Assembly: GCA_965112155.1 (NCBI GenBank)
Contig: OZ218111.1
Length of the DNA stretch: 64,000 nucleotides
Source of the DNA: Podarcis liolepis
Lineage: Eukaryota
Direction: 5' to 3' (one strand)
Shown here: in pieces, positions 12,501 to 23,849 of the stretch
How the letters are laid out: the number at the start of each line of letters is the position of its first letter
Numbering within the stretch: the stretch's first letter is position 1
Translations under genes and position numbers: made by a program
Notes under the pieces: model-generated
What the model was told of the DNA's origin: nothing
Database searches by the model: none
Seen by the model: the letters and a program-made list of their open reading frames with translations, nothing else

Positions 12501-15500
12501 TGAAGACGGATGGCACCTTCCGGGAGCTATAGGCAGAAGAGAGAGACAGGCTCAGAAAGGACCAATCCTGCCAAAGAGATAGCTAAGGCCTATGAGCTTG
12601 CTAGCAGTGAGGCAACCTGACCAGTATTTGGTGGCCCCAGAATGCTGGGGCCTCAAGCACCCACAAGGACCTCCAGTTCAGAAAACCCCTCAGATGCCAT
12701 TAAATACCAACATCCTTCACCTCCCTAGCAGCAGCTCAGAGTATCTGGAAGGATGGAGGGAGCAAGACACGGTTTCTTGCCCCTCCAAATACCTCTCTGG
12801 GGCTCAGCCCTCTCTGACATGGGCAGTTCACCCACGCATGGGGAAAACTGATGAAAGCAGCCCAGTTGGGCCTGACTGGATGGCAGGAGGATGGCACATA
12901 AGCACACACACCCCTTTCCCAGCAGATGCCATTCACCTCTGTCACAAAGGGCTTAAGTACCAGTACCTGCCTATTACCTGGAAACAACTCCTGTGACAGA
13001 CCCGTTCTTCTTTTCACTGGATGTGGGCTCTGGGGGCAAAGAGGAAGGCATTAGAAGCATTCCATCCCCTCCCAAACACTTTGGATCAAAAGTCACCACC
13101 CAGTTAGAAAGCCTTGCCATCTTCTTCACAACTTGCCCAGGACAAGGACCGCCTCTTCCTTGCCTAAAGGGCCAGGTTTCTGCAAGTGTTTCCAACAGCA
13201 CTGCCAAATCAGCCCTTCCCAGGCAGAGATGGAATCATGAGAACTATAAAGACTGCTAGTCAAGTAGTCAGTACTGTTTGGAGTCACTAGTCCAGGGCAG
13301 GGGACCATCGCTCCGCAACTGCTCTTGCACTGAATCTCTTACTGTCCAGGCTGAAGGGCAGGGACTCGTCACTCTCTTCCGTCACAGGGGTCACAAGGTT
13401 CATGCGCAAGGACAGCTTCCCCTGCTCCTCACAGGCTGCCTCAGCGCTCCCTTTGCCACTCTCCTCCATCTCAACAGAGGTCAGAGCACTCTCCACTGTC
13501 ACATTGTTGGTGCCCTCAGCTGTGACATCGCTGGTTGCTATGGTATTGTCCGGGCAGTTTCCAGCCTCTGAAACAAGCAAAGCAAGATGGCAGGTTCACC
13601 AACAGCCACCCAGGCTTGCTGGAAAGAACCAGCACAGAAAGCCTCTTGGCCACCCCCAAGCAGATGGCAGCTCTGCAGCACCAGAATCTGCCTTAGCCCT
13701 TGGGCCAACTGCTCTAACATCAGAGAGAGACCAAATGAGCTGGGCTCCTAATCCAAAGCTATGTGGGTTGTACTTCTGCAAGGCAGCCAAAAAGAATTTG
13801 GGCCCTTGCACCTTCCAGAATTCTGTGGAGGAAGCCACAGCAGCAGTTGGAGCTGCATCCAGATTTGCTTCAGATTATAGCAGTGTAGACAGCAACTGTC
13901 CACACTTCTCAGCTGCTCCAAGAGCAGAGTCCGTAATACCCCTTGTGGTCTGTAGCTGCTTCCAAATGGCAGAGGAAGTGGCAGAGCACTTGCTTTGTAT
14001 GCACAAGGTCCCAGGTTCAATCCCTAGCAGTCCCTCCAGTTAGAGGGATCAGTCAGCTGGTGCTGTGAGATCCTCTTCACACTTGAAGCCCCAGCTGCTG
14101 CCAGTCAGATATGACAATAGAGCAAAATGAACAGGCAATATGGCGCAATGTAAGGTCATATCTTCCAAGCTCACACCGTTCTGGCAACATGTAAACAGCT
14201 ACCACAGGGCCTTCCTCCCACTGGGGTTTTGCTATACTGATGGCTGCTTGGATCAGTCCCCTCCTTGCTCTCCACCAGCACACACACCTTCTGAAGGCAA
14301 AGAGAAGGACAAAAGATGGCCACTTTGGGAAGGCAGCTGGTGCCCATCTCAATCACTCACAGAAACCCTACCCCACATCTCCTACTCACCAATAGGAGTG
14401 CTGTGTCGCCTGGGGCCTTTCTTCAGCTGGCCAATGTGAGGTGGGGTGATGCCTGTCAGTGGCTCAGTCACATGCTTCTCCTTCAGCAGGGCGAGATGAA
14501 AGGGGGTTTCTGGAACAAGGTATTACAACAGACAGGTGGTGAGCTCACATTCTGCTACTAAGCACCCTCCTTGCCACAAATTCTCAGCAGCTAAATGGTC
14601 AGCCAAAGGCCCAGACTAGAAGAAAACAGCATGGCATCACACTACCAGGCAAGGTCATCTTCTTTGGTGATCACTCGTAGCAGAGTAAGATTGTCTTCCA
14701 TAAACACGGTTTTAACAATGAGTCCAGTGAGTGAGACCAGGCAAGGTGAAGCAGACAAGAAGATTCCTTTGCAAATCCTGTGCCCAGGCCTCTTACTTCC
14801 TGCCATGTGCTGCATAGAGGCTGGTACAAGGCAGATACTGGAGAAGTCTGTTTTATGTTTTTTGTGGGGGGGGGATTAGTTTCTAGTCCAGAAGGTTGAA
14901 ACCATGGGCAGAGCAAAGCCCAAGTCCCCAGTGCACAAACATCCCAGCTCCTCCCACCTATGCTAAACATATTGTACTCTAGGCAGGCACTTACAGAACA
15001 TGCTGTGCTTCAACAATGTAATCACTGAAAACAGATAACAGTAACTGCTGAAAGATAGCAGGGGGGGGGGGTGAGACCTTGCCAGTCATCAAGCCACAGA
15101 GAGCACTAGAACTCTGTTCCAACAGCCTGGAAGGCTCTCACTGCAGCTGCAAAGGAGTCTGGGCTGATTTGAATTATGCCTGTACTTCCATTTCTCTTCT
15201 GTGAACTGCCCAGAGAGCTCTGGCTATTAGGCAGTCCAAATATGTACTTAATAAGCAATAAATAAAGGAGCATTTAAAAGCCAACAAATATTTCAATAAA
15301 TATTATTTTTAAAAAATAAAATAAAAAATAAAAGCCAACAGGCCAATGCAGCCTCTGTGAGAACAGATGCAATGCACCCTTCACACACCAGACAGGCACA
15401 GAGGCAGGAAGGGAACAGCCTCCATCTCAGTCTATGTGTATCATGCCCTTTGGCAACCACTGGAGAGTATTTCAAGGAAATAACTCACACAATAGGGCAG

Positions 15501-18500
15501 GGGGATAGGGAAAGGAGGAGGCAAGAGAAATTATTTTCTTAAGCTGCAAAAGGCTACTATCCTTTCTCTCTCAGCCACATTGGCTCAAGCCTAGGCAGCC
15601 TGGGTCACTCCACAGGGATGCTTTCCAATGATGCAATTCTACTGCTGCTCTTACTCTCCAGATCCACTTACCGCTGGGCAGGCTAGCAGGTGGCTCAGGA
15701 CCCCTCTGGCACAGCTGCACCTCTCTCTCCAGCCCACATGGCTTCTGCTGGATCTCCATCTGGTCCTCTGCACTCCCAGAATGGGATCCCTCTTCCAAAG
15801 TCACTGCTGGTTCTTTCTCCTTCCCAGGCAGGGCCCCCAGCTCTGAATCTTCCCTTGCAGTAACTGATGGAAGGGCAGCAGACTTCCTACTTCCTTGCTC
15901 TGGAGGTGCTGCTGCTGCTTGGCTCTCTGCAGTTTCATCCTCCTTGGCTGTTGTTGGCACACCACTCCCTTCCCCCTGGGAGGGCAGAAGTGGCAAGCTC
16001 TCCTCCTCCTCCAGCACACTTCCCAAGTTGCTTCTGCCTGGAGAGATGGCAGCAGGCAGCCCCACTCCAGGGGCAACGCTGGACCTCCCCTGGGACCTGC
16101 TTCCCTCCAGCTCTGGTTGGGAGTCAGAGAGCTTCAGTGTCACCCCAGGGCCGATCCTCAGGGACGCCTCCTCCTTGGAGTCTTCCATGCGGTCTCCTTT
16201 TAAGTTTCCTGGATCTGGGTGTGCAGGCTCTCCAGCTGCCTGGAGCACATTCTCAGTGTCTTCTCTGGCTGCAGCAGGTTCCACATGCTGGTCCACCTTT
16301 TCTTCCTGAGAGTGAGTAGAGTGAAGGCAAGACCTTCCGTCCCTCAGCAGCTCAGCTTCTCCCTGCGCTTCACCAGGCGTTTCTGGGACAGCTTCACATT
16401 CTGGCTCCTGAGACCCCTGGCACAAGAGGTGGCCCTGACTTCCAAGGTCATCTCCAACTCCAACTTGGGCAGTGGAACCTCTTCCTGCAGGCTGCCCAGT
16501 TGAGGCATGGCTGTCCTCATTAAACCGCTGCTGCTCGCTACATCTACCATCCAAGCCAAGCTTCTCCACTGGAGGAACATGAGCTTCCATGGCTGTTTCC
16601 TCAGGCTGCACAGCCTCAGTGGACTGGCTGCACTCACTGGCAGACAGCGCCAATAGGCAGGCCTCACCCGAGGGCCATGACAAGGGGCCCTCCACAACAG
16701 ATGCAGGTGCCTCAGGGATTTCAGAGCTGTCTGCTGGCAAACTGATACCACAATCATCTCCTTTCTCTGTCTGTGCCTCAGGCCCTTTCTCTAAGCTTGG
16801 AGTTGGGAGGAAAGTGTCCTAAAACAGGGGGAAACACAAACACATTGGAATATGACAGCTCCACACCTGAGATTCTGCAACCAGGCCAGCTCTCAAGAGA
16901 ACCAGAAGTAATTCTTGACACTGCAACCAAGACATACCAGCAGGGCAATCACAAAGCAAGATACTTCATAAAGTATTGCTTCCTGTTTTCCACAACCAAC
17001 ATGGTGGCCAGGAGATTTGCCCTTCTATACACAAAGCCAGGCTAACGCTTTGTGAATGTCTCGAAAATCCTCCTATGACAAAAAAGCACAAGCGAAGGAA
17101 AGGATTGTCAAACTGTAGGGCAAGAGGCGTGGGGGCCTCCTTACTTCTACCAAGGATGAACGCAGCACAGAGAAGACCAGTCTCAGTGCTGGGCACCTTC
17201 TGACCACTCACATGGGAGAACTCTGGTTGTGATGGTATGGGAGTAAATGCTGGAGTAAAAGCTGGCGCATCTTGAGCGACAGGTGTAGAGGACTGAGGAA
17301 GCCCTGGAGTCCGAGTCTCCTTTGGCTCTTCTTCTTGCTTCCCTCCTCCTCCTCCTATTGCTGCTGCTGCTGCAACAACAGAAGATGTGGATAAATTAAC
17401 GTTATTGCCTTAGCAGAGAAAGACAGCCTTGTTCCTGCCACTGGAGCAGAACACCTCACTGCCAAAAAAGCTGAAGGGTACCAACTGCCCCTCTGCACCC
17501 CTCTTTCAGTGCTCAAAAAGAGGAGGGGCCTCCACATTCGCTCAGAAATGAAAGAAAAGAAACCTGGGTCACCATTACTAAGTTGTCTTTTTGAACACCA
17601 TAGCTTGGGCCAAGGGCTACCAAGGCCTCCAGCAGAAAGAGTTGCCATACCTTCTGTTCCCTGTTCTGTTGGGCTTCTTGGAATGATGAGGGGTACAGAA
17701 TGTGAGATGCCAGGAGATGGCGTAGGAAGGCCTGAAGCACAACTACAGAGAAAAAGAGATCACTCAGTTGCCTCACTGTCTGCATATGCAAGGTCACAAG
17801 AAAAAAGCAAATGAGCTAATCTATTCCAGAGATCTGAAGGCCGAAGCCAAGGCTCAGCTCGCAGGCACAGACCACATTTGTACCTCCCACGGAACATGAA
17901 ACACAAACAGCGCTCGGTTGTGTGTCTCATCAGGGAACAGAAAGGAGAAAAAGGAAGGCAACAAAGACCAACGAGCGCAGAAGGAGTAGAGGCAAAGAAA
18001 GCTCAGTTACTTTGAAAGGTGGACACAATTACAACACTATCAATGAAAGCATAAGAGCCAATCAATACAGGGATAACCAACTGCGCAACTGACTCAATTA
18101 GTGAATTCAGGAGGCAAGGAAGTAATAAGTGGATCATCAATTAGCTGAGAAGGAAAAAGGTCATAGTGGAAGAGCACCTTCTTCATATGAGGAAGGCCCA
18201 AGGTTCAATTCCGGGTTGCATTTCCAAGCACGGCTGGGAATGCCTCCCATCTGAAATCCTGGAAAGCTGCTGCCAGTCAGTGTAAGCAATACTGAGCTAG
18301 ATGGACCTGACTCAGTGTAAGGGACCTGACTCAGTGTAAGGCAGCTTCCTAGAAGCAATTATTCAGGGAAACAGGTAACAACAGCAACCTGAGCAGGCTT
18401 GTTACTTACATGGAAAGAGGTCCCTGTCCAGAGAGATGAAGGACATGCAGAGAATCGGCAGGAGTGCACACTGGAGAATTTGCTGCTTCCACTCTGGACA

Positions 18501-21500
18501 CAGCACTGTCACCATCTGGAACAAGAGGAAATTAAAATTAACAAAACCATTTAGCAGTTTTGTCAAACAACCCAATGGACACTGCCTTGAAAATCTGTCT
18601 CCCAGCTGCACTGATCTTTTCCCTACATCGGAGTCAATTTTAATACCTTGTTGCAACTGCTCAAAATTGCAGAAGACCACCCACAATTTGTGGTGTGCAA
18701 AAATATGACTGTAAATTTAAGTAAACCCAACAGGGATGGAAAATGTTTTACGTTCCTCAGCAACACCATCAAATATTGATGACCGGCTGAGATTTTTCCC
18801 GAAGAGCTGCTATCTCTCAATCTAGAGAAATTTACTCCTGGGCACCTGATTGGCCACTGTTGGAAGGGCAAATAGTATGTCCTTCAGCCACAGTGGCAGC
18901 TGGCAGGTTTTAATGCTGTCACCAAAGAATGATTTTGCATATTTGCCTGAAAACTAGAACTCTCAGGGTGCTGAACGCAAGTCAGCAATGCAACTGATGA
19001 GCTATGTTTTGAGCAGCCCATTCTAGAATCTGACAACCCTGTACAACTTGTTCAGCACTGGTGATCTGTGCCACTACATATTCAAAGCTATCTGCACAAA
19101 CAAAAGAGGCAAAATTTGAAGAATTCAAAACACTAAGACATTTTCAAAATGCAGCAACAGCAAAGGGTGACAGAAACACATCCGTTGAAAAGGCAACTTT
19201 ATCAGTGCCACTGGAATTCCCATCATCCACAAAGCAACTGCCTACCATTCCTCCCACAGCAACTGTGTGTCGTGCATAGGAGACATACCCTAAGCTGTCT
19301 ATGTGGTCCCATGAACCTATGTAGCACTATGTATATAGTAATCAAGTAGGAAACCTTCCTTTGCTATCAGGATAGGCAGAGCTTCAGCAAACTGCACCTG
19401 CTTCCCCCTCATGGGTCGCAGGGGCCACGGCACAGGCATGCAGTCTGTTTTCACCTGTTGTGCTGCTCTGGCCAAACATGTCCTCCTGAGTAGATAAGAC
19501 ATCAGCATCCTGTGTATGCCACCCAGAGGGATCCGTCCCTTGTGGCCTTCTGTCAAGTGGATGGCAGGCAGAAGTTGGACTCCTTGCAGGTTCTTTATGG
19601 AACTGCAGAATTTTTGGGGTGCTGCTGGGAACATAAGTGTAATCAATATTCCCCAGGGTGTCATTGTTTATATTTGTTGCCTGCTCTTCACTGTAAGGCC
19701 CCAGGGTGGACTACATCTTGAGAAAAATAATATGACAAGCTGAAATAATGCCACACAAACAAGCTGATAGCTTCCCTGGGGATTACAAACAGGACACAAA
19801 GCATGCACAGAACTTGCAGAGTGGAAGAATGTTTGCTTTTGTGCTGAGCTTTGCCAAAGGTGCAAACAGAACTTTGCTGTTGGGCCTGAAAAATCCCAGT
19901 GGGAATGGATATAAGCTACTCCACCATTTCTTTAGGTAATGCAGAAGAGAAAAGAGTCAGGGAACTTTTTTTTCTCATTCAAATGAGGTTTAGTAAGAGT
20001 GCCAGCAGCACCTTGGTGCAACCCCCTCCTGTAAAATCCCAATGGGAAGGTCTGTCCCTTCTTTCTTTCCTTCTTGGCCAGGAGGCAACAGCAAGGCACC
20101 TCCGATACTTTTAGCCTAATCCCAACTAACAGGAATGGAAATATCTTTCCTTCACAAAGAACAAGGCAGAAAAGTAGTAGCAGCTTCTCGCCTACCAGCA
20201 GCAGGAATGTTCGGCACATGTGTGACAGCAAGAAGGACTTCATGGAACCACATGTGCTTCACAGCTGGTTTAATGGGCAAAGAAACTGCTCCCCCTACAG
20301 AAAGGGCAAGCTCTCCATACCCCCTTTCCTGAAGGTTCAACCATGCAACAAGTTAGCCAACAAGTATGAGAGGTGAAAGCAGATATTTACCTATCAGGAG
20401 AGTCACTCCCAGACTTTGTCACTTCATCTGGATCTGCATGCAGAGCAAAAAAAGCATCAGGAATTGGTGATTCACTTGAAATACCAGAGCACAACTGCAC
20501 TATGTTGCATTCTAAGGACTTTTCCAGAGAATTACTAAATCTGATTTCGATCTAGGTGCCAAGTCAAAATCTGCTTGGATTCAGGGCTGATGGCATTCCC
20601 TGTATGACCTATTATCTATTATGGGCTTTGGTTTTTTTGCTAGTTTTATATGTATTTTATTGGTAATTTTATTACGTACACTGCTAAGATTGCACCTAAC
20701 TTAAATTAATGAACCTAGATCACTCATGTCTACTAATTTCAATGGGTCTATTCAGAGTAGTACTAACAATGGATACAACTCAATGTTAGTTTAGAAGACA
20801 ATCTCTAATGGAGAAGACAACAGGATAGCAGTGAGTGCCAACCCAAAAGATACTTATAACATCACATCCAACCACAATCCAATCAGCATTACTATCTTCA
20901 AAAGATTTAGGAACATAAGAAGCTGCCTGATATGTGATCAGATTATTTGCCCCCCCCCCTAGGCTGGGACAGTCTAGACTCTATTCTGAGAGCAGCTTCC
21001 CAGGGCTCAAGCACATGCTCAGTCAGGCTCCCTTGTTTCTGCCTGCAAACTACATGCTCTACCACTGGCAACTACAGTCCCTCAATTGCCTTGCAGGAAT
21101 ACTGTGTACAAAAGTACTGTTACTCCAGAGACTCAGTTTACTGGTAAGTACTCGGCGAACAGAACTGTAAGGCTCCCATCTGTCACCCAGAAGCAGCCAT
21201 TCCATCCAGCTGCAGAACAGCAGGAAGGGGAAGTCCCCTTCTCTAACCCATCCAGCTTGTTGTAAGAATAATATGTTTAAAACCTGGTGCCTGAGCTTGC
21301 TTTCCCCCACTCACCCTGCTGCCCAGTGCATGTCTTTTAGACTGTATGCCCAAGGGAAGGGACCACTTACTTTGTAAGCCATTCTGGAAGCTTTTGCCAC
21401 CTACATTGTAAACTGGGTAAAATGTTCTTCAAATGAATGAATGAACAAGTAAAGATGATTTAAAAGAAAGAAGGTTCTGTTTGGGCCTGAAGTCCTTTTG

Positions 21501-22591
21501 AGGCAGTGTGGGTAGTTTCGCAGAAGGGTTGGAGTGAAGTTTTCCTATCCCAGAGGAAAGGGCTGCTCAGCTAAAGACTCAGGAGGCCGCCCCCACTTCA
21601 CCTACCGCCTTTGGAATCCTCCTCCTGCTCCTCTTCTTCCAAGGCCACTTTGGGTTGCAGCTGCTCCTTATCACTAACCACACTAGCTGTGGAGTCTCCT
21701 TCAAGGTTCTGGCTCTGGGAGAGCTCCAAAACACCGAAGCCCAGCTGCGACATGCCTGATTCTAGCATCAGAAGATAAGAACTTCCTCAGCACATGTGGA
21801 AGGGCTCCAGCATCCAAAGGGAGGAAATGGGCCCGGCAAACAACCCCTCCCTCTCCCACCCCGCCAAGGTTACTTGTGAACTCAAGAGGGCTGCAGAACA
21901 GTCACGAGGGGACCCCGACCCCCCCCCCACCGTTCAAGGACGGCCTCCAGCGAGAACAGGCGACGGCCTGTGCAGCCCCCCCCCCCCGGGCTGGATTATC
22001 AGCAATGGCGAAGGGGCAGCCCCCAAGGGCCGTCCCCAGCAGCAGCAGGCGGAGGAGGCCACTTACCTTCCGCGCAGAGCGAGCCCGGTGCAGCAGCAGC
22101 GCCGCCGCGGGGGTCGTCCGCCGCCCTGCAAGGGAGACAAGCAACGTCTCAGAGGGGTCAAGCAGGCCGAAAGCCCACCCGCGGAGAAGGAATGGCGATG
22201 CCCACCTGGTGTTCCTGGCGAGCGGCGGCGGCAGCTGCTCCAAGACCTGGCTGAGGAGGGCGCGGGGCGAGTCGGAGGCCGGCAGCGGAGGCGGCAAGGG
22301 AGCGGGCCCAGAGCCCCCTGAGGGACCCCGCTCAGCCCCCTCAGAGCCCCGGCCCTCCTCCTGCTGCTCCTCCGGGCCTCCTCCTGCCGCCTTCGCTCCC
22401 GAAACGACCCGCGGCCCATCCGCCTCGTCCTGTGCCCCTGGTCCCCGGCACCTCCTCTTCAGGCCGGGCAGGGCCTGCGGCTCCTCGCCGTCGTCCTGGG
22501 CGGAGTCCGGCTCCGGCTGCGAGTCCTCCACCAGCAGGCAGGGCGCCGACGAGCAGAAGCCCAAGTCCAGCGGGCTCCCCGCGGGGTCCAT
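3339..22591 (-). CDS. TP53BP1: TP53-binding protein 1 (53BP1), complete CDS in 25 coding exons, about 1840 aa
   Basis: N-terminus MDPAGSPLD...[11 protein letters not shown]; GVLELSQSQ; LSTQEDMF; SAATQT (LC8); oligomerisation domain [23 protein letters not shown]; GAR motif; tandem Tudor [11 protein letters not shown]...FDDGYECDV; [26 protein letters not shown]; tandem BRCT. Exon lengths sum to 5523 nt, all phases compatible. Confidence 0.97.
3844..3989 (-). CDS. TP53BP1: TP53BP1 exon (BRCT2, [16 protein letters not shown]...)
   Basis: AG/GT boundaries, 146 nt. Confidence 0.95.
4108..4307 (-). CDS. TP53BP1: TP53BP1 exon (BRCT1 and linker, [21 protein letters not shown]...LLDW)
   Basis: AG/GT boundaries, 200 nt. 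Confidence 0.95.
4818..4912 (-). CDS. TP53BP1: TP53BP1 exon (BRCT1, [32 protein letters not shown])
   Basis: Not in ORF track; hand translation, AG/GT boundaries, 95 nt. Confidence 0.93.
5200..5620 (-). mobile_element. Degraded L2-type LINE 3' fragment
   Basis: Resembles L2 ORF2 end (ORF remnant LRSS...LLWVP...FLAIA); boundaries approximate. Confidence 0.45.
6317..6517 (-). CDS. TP53BP1: TP53BP1 exon (BRCT1 start, [20 protein letters not shown])
   Basis: AG/GT boundaries, 201 nt. Confidence 0.93.
6745..6939 (-). CDS. TP53BP1: TP53BP1 exon (UDR end/[14 protein letters not shown]...SPAKRGRR)
   Basis: AG/GT boundaries, 195 nt. Confidence 0.93.
7170..7361 (-). CDS. TP53BP1: TP53BP1 exon (Tudor 2/[12 protein letters not shown]...LTKAADISL)
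   Basis: AG/GT boundaries, 192 nt. Confidence 0.95.
7471..7865 (-). CDS. TP53BP1: TP53BP1 exon (Tudor 1, H4K20me2-binding cage)
   Basis: [20 protein letters not shown]...FDDGYECDV; 395 nt. Confidence 0.95.
7981..8157 (-). CDS. TP53BP1: TP53BP1 exon (GAR motif, [11 protein letters not shown])
   Basis: AG/GT boundaries, 177 nt. Confidence 0.9.
8639..8922 (-). CDS. TP53BP1: TP53BP1 exon ([11 protein letters not shown]...[14 protein letters not shown])
   Basis: AG/GT boundaries, 284 nt. Confidence 0.92.
9892..10044 (-). CDS. TP53BP1: TP53BP1 exon (oligomerisation domain)
   Basis: [51 protein letters not shown]; 153 nt. Confidence 0.95.
10628..10741. mobile_element. Tc1/mariner-pogo (Tigger-like) MITE
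   Basis: TIRs cagccaaacctcgg / ccgaggtttgactg (13/14 match), TA on both sides. Confidence 0.8.
11086..11575 (-). CDS. TP53BP1: TP53BP1 exon (LC8/DYNLL1-binding region)
   Basis: [12 protein letters not shown]...SAATQT...; 490 nt. Confidence 0.92.
12431..12526 (-). CDS. TP53BP1: TP53BP1 exon ([19 protein letters not shown]...), GC splice donor
   Basis: Hand translation; 96 nt; donor AG|GCAAGT; phases fit both neighbours. Confidence 0.85.
12978..13029 (-). CDS. TP53BP1: TP53BP1 exon ([17 protein letters not shown])
   Basis: 52 nt, AG/GT boundaries. Confidence 0.88.
13343..13567 (-). CDS. TP53BP1: TP53BP1 exon (...[25 protein letters not shown])
   Basis: 225 nt, AG/GT boundaries. Confidence 0.9.
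13975..14160 (+). mobile_element. tRNA-derived SINE (squamate Squam3-like)
   Basis: A-box-like tggcagagc, B-box ggttcaatcc at 14014, body ctgctgccagtcag shared with copies at 18158 and 43405. Confidence 0.65.
14390..14509 (-). CDS. TP53BP1: TP53BP1 exon ([11 protein letters not shown]...GPRRHSTPI)
   Basis: Hand translation; 120 nt, AG/GT boundaries. Confidence 0.92.
15672..16818 (-). CDS. TP53BP1: TP53BP1 large acidic, disordered exon
   Basis: [10 protein letters not shown]... open for 1147 nt to a G|GTAAGT donor. Confidence 0.9.
17212..17369 (-). CDS. TP53BP1: TP53BP1 exon (...[16 protein letters not shown]...PSQPEFSH); tandem CAG acceptors make the 5' edge uncertain
   Basis: Hand translation; donor GTGAGT. 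Confidence 0.85.
17651..17742 (-). CDS. TP53BP1: TP53BP1 exon ([11 protein letters not shown]...IIPRSPTEQ)
   Basis: 92 nt, strong pyrimidine tract, phases fit. Confidence 0.85.
18158..18352 (+). mobile_element. tRNA-derived SINE (Squam3-like) with an internal tandem duplication near the 3' end
   Basis: B-box ggttcaattcc at 18202; ggacctgactcagtgtaag occurs twice. Confidence 0.7.
18410..18515 (-). CDS. TP53BP1: TP53BP1 exon (...[15 protein letters not shown])
   Basis: 106 nt, GTAAGT donor. Confidence 0.87.
19455..19624 (-). CDS. TP53BP1: TP53BP1 exon (...[13 protein letters not shown])
   Basis: 170 nt, conserved LSTQED motif. Confidence 0.85.
20391..20433 (-). CDS. TP53BP1: TP53BP1 small exon ([14 protein letters not shown])
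   Basis: 43 nt with AG/GT; bridges phase 1 to phase 2; no recognisable conserved motif. Confidence 0.6.
21606..21761 (-). CDS. TP53BP1: TP53BP1 exon ([14 protein letters not shown]; ATM SQ sites)
   Basis: 156 nt, hand translation, AG/GT boundaries. Confidence 0.92.
22067..22125 (-). CDS. TP53BP1: TP53BP1 small exon ([19 protein letters not shown])
   Basis: 59 nt, cccttgcag acceptor and AAG|GTAAGT donor. Confidence 0.8.
22206..22591 (-). CDS. TP53BP1: TP53BP1 first coding exon (MDPAGSPLD...LLVEDSQPE...LSQVLEQLP)
   Basis: ATG at 22591-22589 just after an acceptor at 22593-22594; AG|GTGGGC donor; 386 coding nt. Confidence 0.88.
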
Positions 22592-23258
22592 CCTGCGCCA
22601 GGCGGGGAAGGAGGCCTCTCGGAGGGGAGGACGGAGGGTCGCGAGAGCTGCGAATCCTCCCCCAACAGACACAGAGACGAGCGCGCGCGCGCACAGGCAA
22701 AAAAAAAAGGCGGGGAGCGAGCGCACGCGCGAGAAGAACGCCTTGCCCCGCCCCCTCGGGCGTTCGCGCGGCGGCTTCGGCCGGCCACGCTGCAGGCCCC
22801 GCCCCCACGCGTTCCGCGCTGCGCGGGGGTTGCCGTGACAACGCGGCGCCACATGCCCCGGCCAAGGCCGGGGAGGGGGCGGGGCTCGCAGAAAGCTCCA
22901 CCTCCCCGCTTCCAATGAATATAAATGAGCAAGAGAATGGCCCGTGATGGCGGGTGGTGACGCTGATGGGAGTCCAAGCTGGCGCTGAAGGACCGGTCGC
23001 CAGCAGCGCACGCCAGGAGGCAGCAGTGCACAAGCTCCCCAAAGCGAGGGTCACGTGAGCCCGGTCACACGATAATAATATAATAGATGCAGCTCCACCA
23101 GGTGGATTCTCAAAGATGGCACAGATGACGAAGGGGGATTTTGATGGAAAGACGCTTGGCACTATCCGGCTGGTCGCACACCTGAGACAGCAAGGGCACA
23201 CTCCTAGAACTGTCTTTGTGCAAGGGCATAGCAGCACCCACAGAGGAAGGAGGGGTGC

Positions 23259-23418
23259 CATGGGCGTAGCCAGGATTTATTTTGCAGGGAGGCAGGCATT
23301 ATGTTGTGGGGGGCAGAACTGAGTTATCTGTGATGCTGTTGGTCAGTTAAGTATTTTTATTTATTTACTTGATTTGGGGAAGGGCAGCTGCACACACCCC
23401 CCCGGCTACACCCCCCTG
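23259..23418. mobile_element. Short DNA-transposon MITE (hAT- or Harbinger-like)
   Basis: Imperfect TIRs gggcgtagcc ... ggctacaccc. Confidence 0.5.
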
Positions 23419-23849
23419 CTGCAGCCCTCTGAGTCTTTCATGTTTCCTTCCAGCCCTTCTCTATGGGGTCATAATTCCATACATGGGATATTTGGAACAG
23501 GATGGTGTAGATCTGGTACAGGATCACAAAGGGGCAAGCAACAATTTTGGGGGCAGAAGCAACTCCCCTGCAAGAAGGTTACAACATTTGGGACTTTTTA
23601 GTTTGGTAACATGACAGAGCCAGCAAGGGAGCCTCTGATCCTCCAGGCCAAATTAGACCTGACAAGGATCCTACTTCTGGCCACAAGGCCTTTTTCCTCA
23701 AACCATGCCCATCAAATTAGTGCTATTTAAATCTGATTCCAAATGGCATCCAAACATAGACAAAAACCTCCATCTCAGGAACAAACAATTTGGTCATGAT
23801 ATCTTAAGAGGTGTCCAAACGCATAGCAAACAGTCAACTTTCCAAAATA

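Larger units (their letters stand above)
21900..23070. promoter_or_regulatory. CpG island / TP53BP1 promoter, with RFX X-box-like GTTGCCGTGACAAC (22829-22842), NRF1-like GCGCACGCGC (22721-22730) and GC boxes
   Basis: Very high GC and CpG density around the first coding exon; motifs read by eye. Confidence 0.8.

Noticed and set aside
13975-14030. tRNA-like A/B boxes here and at 18160-18215
   Set aside because: No cloverleaf; these are SINE heads, not tRNA genes.
20010-20130. Possible extra TP53BP1 exon between the 43-nt and 170-nt exons
   Set aside because: No acceptor/donor pair gave a phase 2-2 open frame, and the model is complete without it.
21794-23261. Several long overlapping ORFs (175-369 aa) on both strands
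   Set aside because: Stop-poor CpG-island artefacts; only the spliced TP53BP1 segments are supported.
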